Shown: piece by piece, positions 63,632 through 64,000 of the stretch
Layout: the number at the start of each line of letters is the position of its first letter
Numbering within the stretch: the first letter of the stretch is position 1
Assembly: GCA_963836075.1 (NCBI GenBank)
Contig: CAWIIB010000009.1
Span: forward strand, 2,176,001 to 2,240,000
Direction: 5' to 3'
DNA from: an uncultured Acidobacteriota bacterium
Lineage (GTDB): Bacteria > Acidobacteriota > JAQAZP01
DNA: 64,000 nt
The notes under the pieces: generated by a model
Told to the model about the DNA's origin: nothing
Databases searched by the model: none
What the model saw: the letters and a program-made list of their open reading frames with translations, nothing else
Position numbers and translations under genes: made by a program

Positions 63632-64000
63632 TTACAGAATTGGTTCTTCAGGTTTTGTACTTTCAGGGACTCTTTCCGACTTCTCAGCTTTGACGCCCAT
63701 CTGGCCCAGCACGGCTTCGCCAAGCGGGGTCTGGGCAAATGCCTCCACCATCGAGGCGAGGTTGGTTCCGCCCTTGGAAGAGAAGAGGTCCATCGCCCGG
63801 TTCATGCCCTCGTTGGCATTGCCGGCGTTGGCGATGACCTTGACGTCAGCGGTCTGGAGCGCCTGGGCCTGTTCCTGGCCGACGATGATGTGGGCCTTGA
63901 TCGCTTCCAGCATGGCCAGATACTGCTGGTAGCCGTCGTTGGCGCCGATCTCCTTGGCCAGCTCGATCTGGGCCATCACCGGCGCCAGCTTCATCGCCTT
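63632..64000 (-). CDS. C-terminus of a flotillin/SPFH-like protein (5' end outside the window)
   Basis: APV.AQIELAKEIG.N.GYQQYL, ADVKVIAN, DLFSSKGG pattern recalled from bacterial flotillins. Confidence 0.55.
   Translation of the reverse strand, partial: KAMKLAPVMAQIELAKEIGANDGYQQYLAMLEAIKAHIIVGQEQAQALQTADVKVIANAGNANEGMNRAMDLFSSKGGTNLASMVEAFAQTPLGEAVLGQMGVKAEKSERVPESTKPEEPIL

Overview
GC-rich bacterial chromosomal segment, probably from a diderm such as Acidobacteriota (inference from a conserved hypothetical protein and gene content). Housekeeping genes are polA, purD-purE-mtaB, rlmN and a complete nuoA-N complex I operon. Envelope and glycan genes include a phosphoglycosyl transferase with a PilZ-like tail, ArnT-like and other GT-C transferases, an MsbA-like exporter, a Kdo/WaaP-like kinase, a UbiA-family phosphoribosyltransferase and a GT4. 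There is also an ExbB-ExbD-ExbD-TonB/TPR cluster, two B12-dependent radical SAM enzymes, a large gingipain-like C25 peptidase and two IS elements (IS91-like, IS481-like). Most notable: (i) three unrelated secreted proteins end in the same ~330-aa six-bladed beta-propeller module; (ii) a dispersed palindromic element has a conserved 31-nt loop but diverged, still self-complementary stems; (iii) seven genes carry a net +1 frameshift, most likely sequencing error. No rRNA, tRNA or CRISPR array was recognised. All calls are by eye; no searches were run.
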